Assembly (NCBI RefSeq): GCF_018350175.1
Contig: NC_058383.1
Coordinates: 2,976,001-3,040,000 of the forward strand
Origin: Felis catus
Lineage: Eukaryota
Direction: 5' to 3'
DNA: 64,000 nt
Shown here: positions 36,381 to 48,905 of the stretch, in pieces
Layout: every line of letters begins with the position of its first letter
Position numbering within the stretch: the first letter of the stretch is position 1
Made by a program: the position numbers and the translations under genes
Notes under the pieces: model-generated
Seen by the model: only the letters and a program-made list of their open reading frames with translations
What the model was told of the DNA's origin: nothing
The model's database searches: none

Positions 36381-37131
36381 TCTCCTCATGCTACTGCTGG
36401 CCACTTGTGGTTGAGAACTCCTCCTAAGTGATACTTGGTTACTGTGACCCTTAATGAGGATAAGATCTTAGAATGGGTCATTTTCTACATTCCGAATACT
36501 TAGTGTTGAGAAATTATTTCATGTAAAATAATTAAAATGTTTTAAACCAGTGTAAAAGAATAGGCAGGTATCACTAAGCAAGCCCATCGTTTTCGTAGAA
36601 GGGGCAGTGATAGATGTTTTCCCCAAACCACTGTTCTAACAGATGCTCAGGGTCTTGTAAAGTGACAAAAATGCATTTAGCCTTATTGTTTAATAAAATG
36701 GACCAATTTATTTCAGAACTGTCGAAGCTAATAAAATTAAAAAGTTTGGACATTAATTTTCATTAGTATGATTATGTTAAGTGGGGAAGTTCTTATATTG
36801 CGTTAAAACTGTGGTGGGCTAGAAGGAGTCCCCTTGTTTATTTGTTGGTTTAATTTAATAGTAAAATGTACATTATTATAATTATATACAGGGTTGAAAG
36901 GTGCATTTATAAACTGAAGACTTTCCTTGTTAATTTTAACAACATTTGATTCCCTGATATTCTGTGGCTACTGTGTGGGAAGAAAGCTGGCCTGAGAACC
37001 AAGAGGATTGTTTCCAGGTTGAGTTGTACTACACACGTAGCTGTTTAATATTCCCTTATTACTTGACAAAATATGTCTATAGAAGTCTTTGGTTTTGAAG
37101 TAATACACATATAATTAACTAATGGAAATGA

Positions 37132-37133
<2 letters not shown>

Positions 37134-37176
<43 letters not shown>
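37134..37176. repeat. (TG)21 microsatellite
   Basis: Read directly from the sequence. Confidence 0.97.
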
Positions 37177-37179
<3 letters not shown>

Positions 37180-37460
37180 ATGATGGGGAAAGCTCAGACA
37201 TTCTCAAACTGTATAAAATGAAAAATGAAAGTCTTCCCTCCCACCCCCACTGAAAACAAAACAGAGTAACAGCAAACAGAAGTCTACGGTGACAGAGCTC
37301 ATCGTTGCTAACGTTTCCTGTTCGTCTTTGCAGAAAGTTTTCATGCCTGTGTCAGTACATACACATAAATCACAACACATGTACTGTTTAGCACCTTACT
37401 TTTTCCCCCTTATGCTTGGAAATGGCTTTCTGTACACATATTGGTGAACTGTTTTCTTCC

Positions 37461-38075
37461 TTTTTATTTATTTAAATTCAAGTTAGTTAATATACAGTGT
37501 AGTCTTGGCTTCAGGAATAGAACCTAGTGACTCATCTCCTTCATATGACACCCAGTGCTCATCCCAGAAGGTGCCCTCCTTGATGCCCCTTGCCCATTTA
37601 GCCCCTTCCAACCGGTGCCCCTCCGGCAACCCTCAGTTTGTTCTCTGTATTTAAGAGTCTCTTATGTTTGCCTTCTTCTCTGTGTTTATCTTATTTTTCC
37701 TTCCCTTTCCCTGTGTTCCTCTGTTTTGTTTCTTAAATTGCACATATGAATGAAATCATATATTTGTCTTTCCCTGACTTCGCTAAGCCTAATACCTTAT
37801 AGTTCCATCCATGTTGTTGCAAATGGTTAAGATTTTTTTTTTTTTAAATCACCGAGTGGTATTGCTTTGTATATGTATACCACATCATCTTTATCCATTT
37901 GTCAGTTGATGGACATTTGGGCTCTTCCCCTAATTTGGCTGTTGTTGATAGTGCTATGTGCCCCTTCAAATCAGCATTTGTATCCTTTCAATAGATACTA
38001 GTGCGTTTGCTGGGTTGTAGGATAGTTCTATTTTTAATTTTCTGAAGAACCGCCATACTCTATTCCAGATTCGCT
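37461..38075 (-). mobile_element. Carnivore/felid L1 3' end
   Basis: acacccagtgctcatccca, agttccatccatgttgttgcaaatgg, gttgatggacatttgggctct, tagttctatttttaattttctga. Confidence 0.93.
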
Positions 38076-38130
38076 GAACCGCTAAACATATTTATTTCTA
38101 ACTAATATCTGACAGCTATAATTTATACAA

Positions 38131-38320
38131 TTTTTAAAAGTTTTTATTATTTAGAGATAGAGCAAGTGTGGGGGAGGGAGGTGGGGCAGAGAGAGAGGGA
38201 ATCCCAAGCACTAACCGTGCAGATCCTGACTCAGGGCTCAATCTCACGAACCATGATATCATGACCTGAGCTGAAATCAAGAGTCAGACGCTTAACTTGA
38301 CTGAGCCACCCAGGCACCCC
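38131..38320 (-). mobile_element. CAN-SINE
   Basis: catgacctgagctgaaatcaagagtcagacgcttaac...ccacccaggcacccc. Confidence 0.93.
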
Positions 38321-38843
38321 TAATTCACAAATTAATAAGAAATTTAATTTTTAGTTCTTCATTTCTTAATTCTTAGTGTTCCCCCTGCATGTTTGGGTTA
38401 TGTTAGCAGAATGATTTTTAAAAATCTGTGCAAAGAAAATGTCCGAAAGTAATAAGTAAAGCGAATGTTAACAATGCATATATTGAGTGGTGAATTTGAA
38501 GTGAGTTTTTTCCTTTCTTTATGCTTTAAGATATATTTCATATTTTTAAGAATTGACATTGTATTGTGGAAATCCATTTTAATAAAAAGTACTGTGCTAT
38601 TATGAAGTAATTATCAATCAGCTGTTGTTTAGTTGAATTATAAAACCATATTCTTGATTGACTATTAAATCACACCTCATGAAAAATATTGTTTTTTTCC
38701 CAGCCTCTTTATTTTTTAATTGAAATATAATTTATGTATAATAAAAGAGATTTTTACAGTACCCTTTGATGAGTGTTTTTACCCACTGTACTTAAGATAC
38801 AAAACATTCCAATAATCTGTAAAAGTCCCTCAAATCCTTTTTA

Positions 38844-39064
38844 TTTTTTATTTTTTATTTATTTTTTTATTTTATTTTTGGGACAGAGAGAGACAGAGCA
38901 TGGACGGGGGAGGGGCAGAGAGAGAGGGAGACACAGAATCGGAAACAGGCTTCAGGCTCCGAGCCATCAGCCCAGAGCCTGACACGGGGCTCGAACTCAC
39001 GGACCGCGAGATCGTGACCTGGCTGAAGTAGGACGCTTAACCGACTGCGCCACCCAGGCGCCCC
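38844..39064 (-). mobile_element. Young CAN-SINE (SINEC_Fc-like)
   Basis: Perfect 16-bp TSD cctcaaatccttttta at 38828-38843 and 39065-39080. Confidence 0.97.
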
Positions 39065-41789
39065 CCTCAAATCCTTTTTAAATAAACGCCTCCCTTCCAC
39101 CCAGGCCACTGCTAACCTGATACTGATGATATGCACTCATTTTTGTTTTGTTTTGAGCATCATATGGATGGGACTGCGCTCTGGGTACTCTTTTCTGTCT
39201 GTTTCATTCAACGGCATATCAGTATTTATGTGTCTTCGTCACTACTCTAAAAACGCTTTCTATTCATCTTCATGTTTAAATAACTGGATCAGTGGTGTGG
39301 CCAGGAGGTGCCAGAACCAGAGCGTGGTCTGAGGTCTCTGTGAGCCGGAGCTCTTTCGCTGACTCTGTACCTGTTGCTTTCCTAGCGCTTCTGATAGGGA
39401 ACAAGGTCAGAGAGCCTCCGCTTGTGAATGATGTACCTTGAATGTGATGCTGAGGAACTCAGTGGTGAGGAGTTCTCCACAACAGCACTGTGATTGATGC
39501 TTTGGGATTGAAAAGTGCAACAGACTGCAAGTTTGTTACCAGAAACAGACAAATTCCCCGTTTCCTGTAGCAAGTATTCATTAAGTCGCTACTGTGAATC
39601 AGACACTGAGCCATTTGCTGCCGGAGCTCTGGCTGTGGGGTGGTCTGACTGGACCTTTGAGTCAGGGAACTTGGTTTGAGATGTTGTCATTTTTAAGTGT
39701 TCCTCCCTTGAGCAGGCCAGTTTCCCTGAAGAAGATTCTATCTCTGTCCTGTCTAGAGGGTGGAAGCTGGGCTTCCAGCATCCAAGAGCTTGAGTTGGGG
39801 TATGTTGGCATAAGTTCAGAGAGTCTCCCTCTTTCCAGGAAGGTACCCAGACGCTGCTCATCCAGAGTTAGTTCTCTGAGTCCAGGTGCCCTTGTGTTGT
39901 CCTCTCTTAGTGCTCGTCCTGCTGGCAGAGGGCAGGCACTGGTTGTGCACAGTGGAGAAGGACATCCAGGCGTGGGGGCGGGGGAGGGGGCAGTTTAAGA
40001 GCCTCTCAGGTTCTGCTCCTTACTTCCTCCTTCTCCTTCCTTCCTCGCGTAGGTCAGGCCCCCTGAGAACCTCTGGGGATCTTACACTAGTGTCCCCTTT
40101 GCTAATTTTGGATTCAGGTGTAGCGTTTTCTACCAATCCGTCTTGTTCTCTGCTGTGTTCCCTTCACCTTTAATTGGAAATCCATTCCCGGTTGTTCCAG
40201 TGATGTTTCAGAAGAGAAGTAAACACACACTTCCGTTCTGTTGTCTTTATGTTGGAAGTCCTGCTTGTTAGTTTGTTAAATTGTCCTAGGAATAGAGGTC
40301 TCTTTGTTAATTTTGTCTCTTAATGCCGAGACCAGTTCGTAAGTGGTGAATTTCCGTATTTATGAAGATCCATGTAATTTTGACTCCAAGCATCTTCCTG
40401 TTACTCTGTCAGCAACGTATCCTTCTTCATTCTTAAGGCGCATCCCCCTTACCTGGGAAGGAAGGTGGTGCCAGATTGTGAAGTACCTTGGGTGTCACCA
40501 AGGTACCTTTCATGTGGGAATTGATGAGGTCCCCAAGCTCCCCTCGTATCTGCCAGCCCAGGGTTTCCTGTGGTGGGTTTGGGACATAGGAATTTAAGAC
40601 ACTCCTCACCCCACAATGGCATGAACTTCGAGTGACGGCCTAAATAATTTAGGGGAAATTTAGGAGAAATTGAGAGGGAATTGTTATGGTAGTTGGATAA
40701 TGTTTTAAGGAACCAGAGAGGAAAAAAGAAACCCCAAAGCCCAAACACATGTGTACTGCTGTCACGATTTTATGGTTGCAGGCGCCGGGATGCACAGGGG
40801 TCTCTTCGAGGGGTCTCCTCTTGCTGCCCTCCTTTTCCTGTTTGTGTCCATTCTCCCCATTTGGCATCATCTCCCTTCTGCCTTTTCAACCCGGTCACTA
40901 ACTGGCGTGGCTCAGCTGGTAAGAAATGGCTTCTGGTTTTGCTGTTTCTGTGTTGAAAACTCCCACCACCATTAGGGGAAGAAGACGACCCACGGGAGAG
41001 GTTTTCCACTCGTTCCCTCCTCTTCGCTCATGGCACCTAGTTCCCAGGCTGCTTATTTTTCTTTCCACGGGTAGGGCTTGTTGGGGAGCCGGTAGCTAGG
41101 GCATCCTCCTCGACACTGGAGCATGGCCGGAGAGACCACCGAGTTGGTGCTTTGTGTTTAGCATTTCCTTCAGAGACTTGGTATATGCCTGGTGCGAACA
41201 CTGTTTGTTCTCATATCACTGTTAAATCCCATATTTCTATGAGATTTACAGGGAAAGTGACAGAGGAGCCATGGGTCCTTGCCCTTGCCACCTGCAGGGC
41301 CCAGGAGGGAGCTTCTGGCAGGAGTTTTAAGCCGGACAGGCTGAGTTTTTGCTGGCATCAGTGTCCATGTGAGAGGTCCTTGTGGTCTGGAGACTGGTGG
41401 GTTGGAGCTCAGCAGAGACGAAGTACTTGCCTGGCTCCCTACCCTGAATTGCAGGCTCTTCGGGAGCAGCACCACATCTCATTTGTCTTTGCCACTCATA
41501 TGTCACAAGTGGCACAATCATGGAATGTATGGGTGCTCAATAAACAATTACAGACTGATTAAATGAGGCACTTACCACCATGGTGATCATCCACACCGAG
41601 GTGAGTCATGGGCATGAGCGAGGTTATAGAAATTATTGGGTACATTGCCATGGCCAGGCTTGTCAGCTCAGGGCATGTGGGATCCACACAAATGAGTGAA
41701 GAGTGCCCACTTCAGGGTGGCAAGCTGCTTCTGGTGCGTGGCTCAGAGTCAGGATAGACCGGGCTGGCCCGAGAGCGCAAACCTTATCT

Positions 41790-41975
41790 GATGGGGCAGC
41801 TGCTGTCCAGCCACAGCCAGTAGACCCGGTGACAGAGCCCCCAGTTGTTCAGATTTAAGCAAAACTCTAAACGGTAACGTGAAATATCCTGATTTTAAAA
41901 TTCACATTTGTAGTACTTTGAGGAAACAGTAAAACATGTGTGGGTCAGATTTGGGGCGGTCCTTCACATTGTGGC
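41790..41975. mobile_element. MER103-like hAT fragment
   Basis: gtgaaatatcctgattttaaaa...aaaacatgtgtgggtcagatttgg. Confidence 0.45.
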
Positions 41976-44324
41976 TTCTCGAAAACCAAACAGGAGGAGG
42001 ACCGGACTGGTGGGAACCTGCATATGAGGGGCAGTTGGGAGAAAGAGTCCCTTCACAGGCTTGACAAAGAGCAATTAAAGAGCTAGAGGGGAGCAGTAAA
42101 CTTGAATCAAAAGGAGGAAAGACTTTCAGGAAATCTGGGGAAGGATGATGGAGATTGCTCTGATGTATGTGTGGTGTGGAGACATCACATAATCAGAGAA
42201 CACAGTGAATCCGTTGTGAATACAGAGAGAATTCATTATTAGCATTAAGCACTGGTTCTGGCCTGGCCTAAATACCCAGGCCTAGACCGCGACTTAGACA
42301 TCAATGGAATCAAACTTATTTTTAAAGTTATTTCCTTAAAGCTTTGGCAAAAAAGGACCCAAGTTCATATAAATTAATTTGACATTTGAAAACCATTATT
42401 CATGCATCTGTAATATAATACCTTAAAGGCATATTTAAAATATTTCAAGGAATTTACATGAAAGTGTCAAGGAAACCACTCTTTTTATATCTTCACCATG
42501 AAAGGATGGGCCTTCATCTGGTCTGTCTGGTGAGAATTATGACAGGAGATCCTAATCCAGGAGGCTTTATTTTATTGGAGGGAAGCCCAGTTAAAGTCCC
42601 AGTATTAATTTTCTGTCATGTTATCTACCAAAGAACACATTTCCGAAATCTCTCAAACATTTGGCACAATTATTTCTATTTGCTAAACTTGATCAATGTT
42701 TTTCAAGTGACATATGCATTTCAAGTCAAAACTGAACAAGGTATATCCTTGAGTATAAAGCATATATCCTATCTCATATATTGGACTAATAAAAGAGATT
42801 TTCGTTTTTATTTGTTGAAGTAAAAAGTTTGTAATTAATTGTAAATTAATCATTGCTTCCTGCAAGTTAGAAATTGTCTGGGTGGACAAACAAAACCCAT
42901 TTGCCAAGTTCCTTCCATGTGCTTTCCTATGCCCAAGGCTGCGTGGGTGTTCCTTACGTGTACTTTGGTACGCTCAAAGCTACATAGGTTGATTCACTGT
43001 TATCATTGTGTTGCAGTAGGTATTAGTGGGTATAATCTATACCACATGCTGGTCATTCTGTGCCTCCCTGTCTTTTCTCATGTGTCTGCCTTGGCCCAGG
43101 AACGTCCCACCTACTCCCAGTCCCTTTTGCTTCTAATCTTTCCAGTGAACTCCTCTTTACTCCTCAAGGATACTTGGAAATGTCAGTACTGCTAGAATTC
43201 TCCTTAACACCCCCTTATTGTTACTCCTATAACCCTTGGTATGAGCCCTGGATAAAGACAGCACTTACCAAATAACATTTTTGGGTTTTTTTTTTTTTTC
43301 TCGGTAAGACTGCAAGCTTCCTTAAGTGTGTGTCATTAATTTTTGCATCGCGGCATGGATCTGACATAGGGGAGCTTTTCAACAAAAGATTGTTGACATA
43401 GATTGGATCTGTTCATTAGGACAGACAGATACCACTCCGGTGTGAGACTCAGGAAAATAAACTATTAACCCAATGTGTTATTAGCCATTTAGGTTAACAA
43501 TCTGATGAACTAAATGTTCTTATATTGTTACTATATCATTCAAACAAAGGAATAAAAAATAATCTTTAGGGGAATAAGGGCTAGGTAGATACTTAAGCCT
43601 TCATAAACTAAAAATCCAACACTAACTTATAGTTTGAGATATATTTCACATTGATTTAAAAACTTAATTGATGGATAAGTAGTCAGGGACAATGCCAGCC
43701 TCGAGAAATTTCTTTCAGAGTGAGAGTTTTTTTTAAATAATCTGTGATAAATTTCTATTATGTCAAAGCCTGATATTACATAGTTTACACCTTCCTTGAG
43801 TAAAACCATCATGCAGAAATCTACTGACTGTGGAAGTCTCACAGAAAACAACTTGGATCATTATTTTTCTCCCAAGAAGAATGTTGAAAGGGTGATCGAG
43901 TATATCACACAGATCCTGTTCACCCTCTGCTTTGTAGAGATCATGAGTATGGCCCTACTTTGTGCAGGCCTGTGTGTCCAGCATGGCCCTTGCTCCTGTT
44001 CCAGGGCAGAACACTGGGTCTGTAGGAGAGAAGGACTCAGTGCATAGGGACTGTGATGGGAAACACTTAAGGCTTAAGTATGCCCAGTTCATGCTGCCAG
44101 GCCTGGCATATGGTAGGTTGGCATTTCACGAGTATCTTTGCTCTATTGCTTTATTAAAGTCGCACTGATATTGTAGTCAATACAACTATCAGAAACTTTA
44201 AAATAGAAGCTATTTTCATCTATAAAAACACCTTGCGGTAGCTTTCAGCTGTGTGATATTATTGTTTCTCTTTAAACCTCTCTTGGAAGGTATGTGGTAG
44301 GCTTGGTGGGTTTTTGTTGTTGTT

Positions 44325-44625
44325 TTATTACTGAAGAAGTGTAGTTGACATACAATGTTATGTTAGTTATCAACAACATGTTGATTTGACATTTCTGTAC
44401 GTTAATGCTCACCATGATAAGTGTAGTCACAATCTGTCGCCTTACAGCATGATTACAGTCTCATTGACTATGTTCCTTATGCTGTACGTTTCATACCCGT
44501 GACTCAGTTGTTTTATACTGGAAGTTTGTACCTCTCCATCCCTGTTCCCTGTTTCACTCATTGCCTTCTCTCCCGGCAATCACCAGTTGGTTCGCTGTAT
44601 TTAAGAGGCTCTTTTATTCTTTGTT
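44325..44625 (-). mobile_element. Carnivore L1 3' end
   Basis: tagttgacatacaatgttatgttagtt...attgactatgttccttatgctgtac...tggaagtttgtacctct. Confidence 0.88.
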
Positions 44626-44675
44626 TGCCAGAAGTACCTTCAGAGAAGGCGTAGAGCTCTAACAGGGGCCTTTTT

Positions 44676-44900
44676 TTTTTTTTAATATTTTTTTTTCAAC
44701 GTTTATTTATTTTTGGGACAGAGAGAGACAGAGCATGAACGGGGGAGGGGCAGAGAGAGAGGGAGACACAGCATCGGAAACAGGCTCCAGGCTCTGAGCC
44801 ATCAGCCCCAGAGCCTGACACGGGACTCGAACTCACGGACCGCGAGATTGTGACCTGGCTGAAGTCGGACGCTTAACCGACTGCGCCACCCAGGCGCCCC
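44676..44900 (-). mobile_element. Young CAN-SINE (SINEC_Fc-like)
   Basis: Perfect TSD taacaggggccttttt at 44660-44675 and 44902-44917. Confidence 0.97.
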
Positions 44901-46701
44901 ATAACAGGGGCCTTTTTAAAGAGTAAATGGAGAAATGAGAAAAAAACATCAACGACAAAGGAAGACTTCTAGGAAGGAAAGTGAAAGGTTTTATCCTTGC
45001 CCCAGAAACTCCCCCCGAACAGGGACCAGAAATAAGGGGAGGGCCAGCATCCTCCAACCTTTCAGTGCTTGTCGTCTTCTCTGGGGCCTGGAGCCTCCTT
45101 TGGGGGAGACCAGCCCGGGTGAGTTTGTATTTGTTGTTGCTCTTTTCATCCTCAGGTCTGGGACAAGCTTGGAAGTCGTGTCCTATTTGTGTTTCAAGTT
45201 TCCTGCCAACATGTGTTGAGCTATGTCTCCAAGGTAACTGAGGTTATTCCTCGTTTTAATTTAATTTTTAAAAATTGAGAAAGTAACGTTTCTACCCCTA
45301 GCAAGAAAAATGGAGATCTCGCCTAGAGGGGTTGTCACCGAGGGGGCATTTGTGATAGGTTTTGGCGTTTTGAAGAAGTAGGTCCCCTTCTCCTCGGCCT
45401 CCCTGGTTTTCTCTATGCATTTAATTTATGTTTTATGAACAGTCATTATCTGTTGTGGTTGCGAAGGTAAAGCCACAAGGCCAGACCCCCACCCTGTTGG
45501 GCAGCCATCCTGACAAGGCAGGATGGGCTGGGCAGGTCAGGCAGGTGGTGACCTCCCCTTCCCATGGTCTGCACTTGAGGAGCAGTATCCTTTCAGGAGC
45601 CACATCTAGTAGCAGATAATCCAGAGGGCACATAGCCGCACAAAGGCAGGTTGGGAGATCCGTAAGACGGCCATTCGCTTATTCTGGGAGAAACTTTGAA
45701 ATGTCCTTCAGTATGTTTCTCAGGCTGTGTTATGTATGCTTACAGACATGGGCGGGAATTAAGAACTTCATTTTTATAATGCATTTCAAATCCTATTGAT
45801 GTACATATGGCTTGTATTTCATTTTTGGATTATTCTGTACAAAAAGATCATCTTTCAGAGCATTTGATGAATGTTAGCTTTTAAATTACTTCAGAATATT
45901 CATTTATTGGTTACTGGACAGTAAAATCACCAGTAGCAGCATGAGTTTTATAAACTTTTTGTTTTTACCATCAAGAAGGACTTTATTTTTGAGAAATGAT
46001 CACTCCTTTATTCACAGATTGTTACCGCCAAGTGTCTGTGCTCCTTTCAACTTGTTTCATTCTTTCCTCAACCATAACAATTGTATAGTTTTTGTATTTG
46101 AATTATTTTGCTCATAAATTATGTTATTCTTGGCTAAAGGCTTTTCTCTTTTAGTAAATGCTTTTGACTATCTGGCCTTTATAGCATCGATTTCATTTTT
46201 AAATGCCTACGGAGACATGTTTGACTGCTTATAAATTTTCTGGTACAGTTCTGTAAGAATCCCTCACTTCCAAGGACCATATGTATCCGTTTTAGTTTCC
46301 AACACTTTGTAACTGCCAGAATAATTTAAAACACGGGTTTTTTTTTGTTTGTTTTTTCCTTTGCAACTTAATGCAGAGCATTTTGTCAGCTGAGGCAGGG
46401 TAGGAAGTGGCACGGATGAAGCAGCATTCCACCTGTAGCACCTTCCAGAGCGGGGTGTCCCGAGACCGCTGCCTGGGAGTCTGAGGTGTTAAAATTCATA
46501 TGTTTCATGCTTAGGCCACGCATCCATTGTGGGTGGGCAAGGGGGTTTCTGCTCAGTGCCGTCTGTCCTGGGCTAATGGAGGAGCTACCGCGTCAAATGC
46601 TGCTGATACCTGTCTGGGAGGAGGGGGGTGCAGCAGGTGTGTGGCTCCCGGGCCCCTAGGCTTCTGCCCCAGGGTGAGCCCTGTGGTTTTGTGTGCGTTT
46701 C

Positions 46702-46744
46702 ATTGGCTGACGCGAGGTGACGTCACTTCCTGAGCAGGCGGGAA
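46702..46744. promoter_or_regulatory. Candidate enhancer or alternative promoter: CCAAT + half-CRE + full CRE overlapping ETS + E2F-like site
   Basis: ATTGG 46702, TGACGCGA 46708, GTGACGTCAC 46717-46726, ACTTCCTG 46725-46732, GGCGGGAA 46737-46744, all in non-repeat sequence. Confidence 0.55.
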
Positions 46745-47717
46745 GCGCAGTTCCACTAAGGCCCCGAATGTTCTGTGGGCAGCAGGATTGCACCACACAT
46801 CCGTAAATGTGGTTGTTTGTTTGTTTGCTTGTTTGCTTGTTTGTTTGCTAGAGATGTTTCCGCATTGTGCAGAATGAGAACAGCCACTGGTGTCAAAGCT
46901 GTTGGGAGGGGGAACAACTTAAACAGCAGAGAATTAATGAAGGGATTTGAAGCAAGTAGCTGGGCACCAAGTAAACAGTTGGGTGGAATTGCCAGATGGC
47001 CTAGTGGTAAGGATCAATTTTAGCTGAACTCGCCTGAGGATCTGGGGGAAGAAAAGGTGGACGTGGGCGGATGCCAGCAAGGTGGGGCTTCCTCATGGCT
47101 GTTGCCTGCTGGAACTCTCCGTGAGTCCTCTTCCTTCAAGGCTTAATTCAAATATTAGTGAATTGGCCGTGGTTTTTTTCCCATTCAAATGTGAACTCCT
47201 CAAGGACGAGGGGTCACTTTTGTGTCCTGTGTGCCTAGCACATACTCACAAGCGCCACCTGGTTATTCGGTGAGTGAATTAGAGCCAGCCTGCGGCCCTG
47301 TCCCCCCAGTGCCTGGGGCTGCAGCCCCTTTGCTGAGGCAACATTTCACAAGCTGGCGGGGGGGGGGGGTTGCTGGGTGCAGGGGGCAGCTGAAGCAAGA
47401 TGGCATTTCTGAGCCCCCCGCCTGTGCCCTGCTCATTTTGGTGGGGCCGGTGCAAGTAGGAGTGGCCGTGACTAGTGCTGGAGAGCTGAGAAGCTCTTTG
47501 TGTTAATTTGTACTTGATAAGGGTTTTTTGTTCTGTATGTTTTTGTTTCGTTCTTTCCACCACTGAGTGTATCAGGATGAGGGAAACCTAAATTAGTATG
47601 ATCTAGTTATTTAAAGAATTTAACAATTCTTGGTCTAGTCTTAACATATTTTTGTTCTTATGAAATTGCTGAACATAATTAGACAAACACTTTAACCTCA
47701 ATCTTTGCAGTGTAAAA

Positions 47718-47910
47718 CAGTGGTTCTCCCAACCAGAGAGTGTGTCAGAGTTGCCTGGAGCCTAGAGCGTTTGCCAAAACCCAGATTGAGGGATCCCGCT
47801 TCCAGAGCCTGGTCAGCAGGTCTGGGTGGGGACTGAGAATGCACATATCTTGCAAGTTCTCAGAAGGTGGGAGACTGCTGCCCCGGGGGACCACACTTGG
47901 ACCAGCAGTG
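47718..47910. mobile_element. MER5A
   Basis: cagtggttctc...aggtctgggtggggactgagaatgcac...gggaccacacttgg. Confidence 0.85.
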
Positions 47911-47939
47911 GTGTCGGGAAAGGCGCTGGAAATGAGATA

Positions 47940-48130
47940 AAAATGTATGTGTTTACAGCTCCATAATGCTACCAATAAATATTTGACTTTGTGTAAGTTA
48001 CTCACCCCCCCTAGTTCTCTGTTTCTTTCCTGTGGAAAATGAAGGTCATGACTGTTGGAGCTCACATAGCATCAGTTGAGATGGTGTACGAGAACCATGG
48101 AAAAAAAAGAGTAAGGTTCTGTAAATGCAT
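47940..48130 (+). mobile_element. MIR
   Basis: tgactttgtgtaagttactcac...ctgtttctttcctgtggaaaatgaagg. Confidence 0.7.
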
Positions 48131-48616
48131 TGTCTTATGATAGCCTGTGTATTAGCCATGAATGGTTACTTTGTATTCATGTGTATTCAGGGTGCTGTGC
48201 AAGGGAGTGGAGGGCAGCATATGAAAAGGGAAAGAACAGCAAAAGTGTGGCGAAGGCCCAGCACCAAATATGTGAAGGGGACATGAAGAATTCAGGGAAG
48301 GAAAGGTAGCAGTGGGCTGCTCGGTGGCCTTTGCCCAAAATGTACTGTGTAAAGACCATCATTTCACAAAAAGCCCCTGGTTCTTCTGTGTTGTAGAACT
48401 GTCTAATTGCAGAGGTGGTGTCCTGAAACCTAGAAGTCTGTCATGTGAGTGCGTTTTGACTAGTCTTTCCTTATGTGGACTCATTCTTAGCTTACTTACC
48501 TTAGGGTTTTGTAAAATAAAAGTATAAAATTACTCATTTTGCCAGCATTTAAAACTCATGATCTCAGCAAGATAGACTTGTAAATCCAAATATCAGAAAG
48601 ATATAAAAGGTCATTT

Positions 48617-48905
48617 TCTTAGTCCTTATAGGCTACTATAGACCATATTATTGTCTATAAAGAACAGACATTTACTTATCTATCACAGTTCTGGAGGCTG
48701 GGAAGTCCAAGATCAAAGCACTGGCAGATTTGGTGTCTGGTGAGGGTCCCTTTCTGGTTGAGGGACAGTCATCTTTTTACTGTGACCTCACAGGGTGAAA
48801 GGGGCAAGGGAGTTCTCGGATGGGCCTTCCCTCTTATGACCTAAACACCCTCCGAAGCCCCAACCTCCTAGAGGGGAGTAGTTTTCAATATATGCGTTTT
48901 GGGGG
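48617..48905 (-). mobile_element. MaLR LTR (MLT1A-like)
   Basis: tcacagttctggaggctgggaagtccaagatcaaagcactggcagatttggtgtctggtgaggg. Confidence 0.9.
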
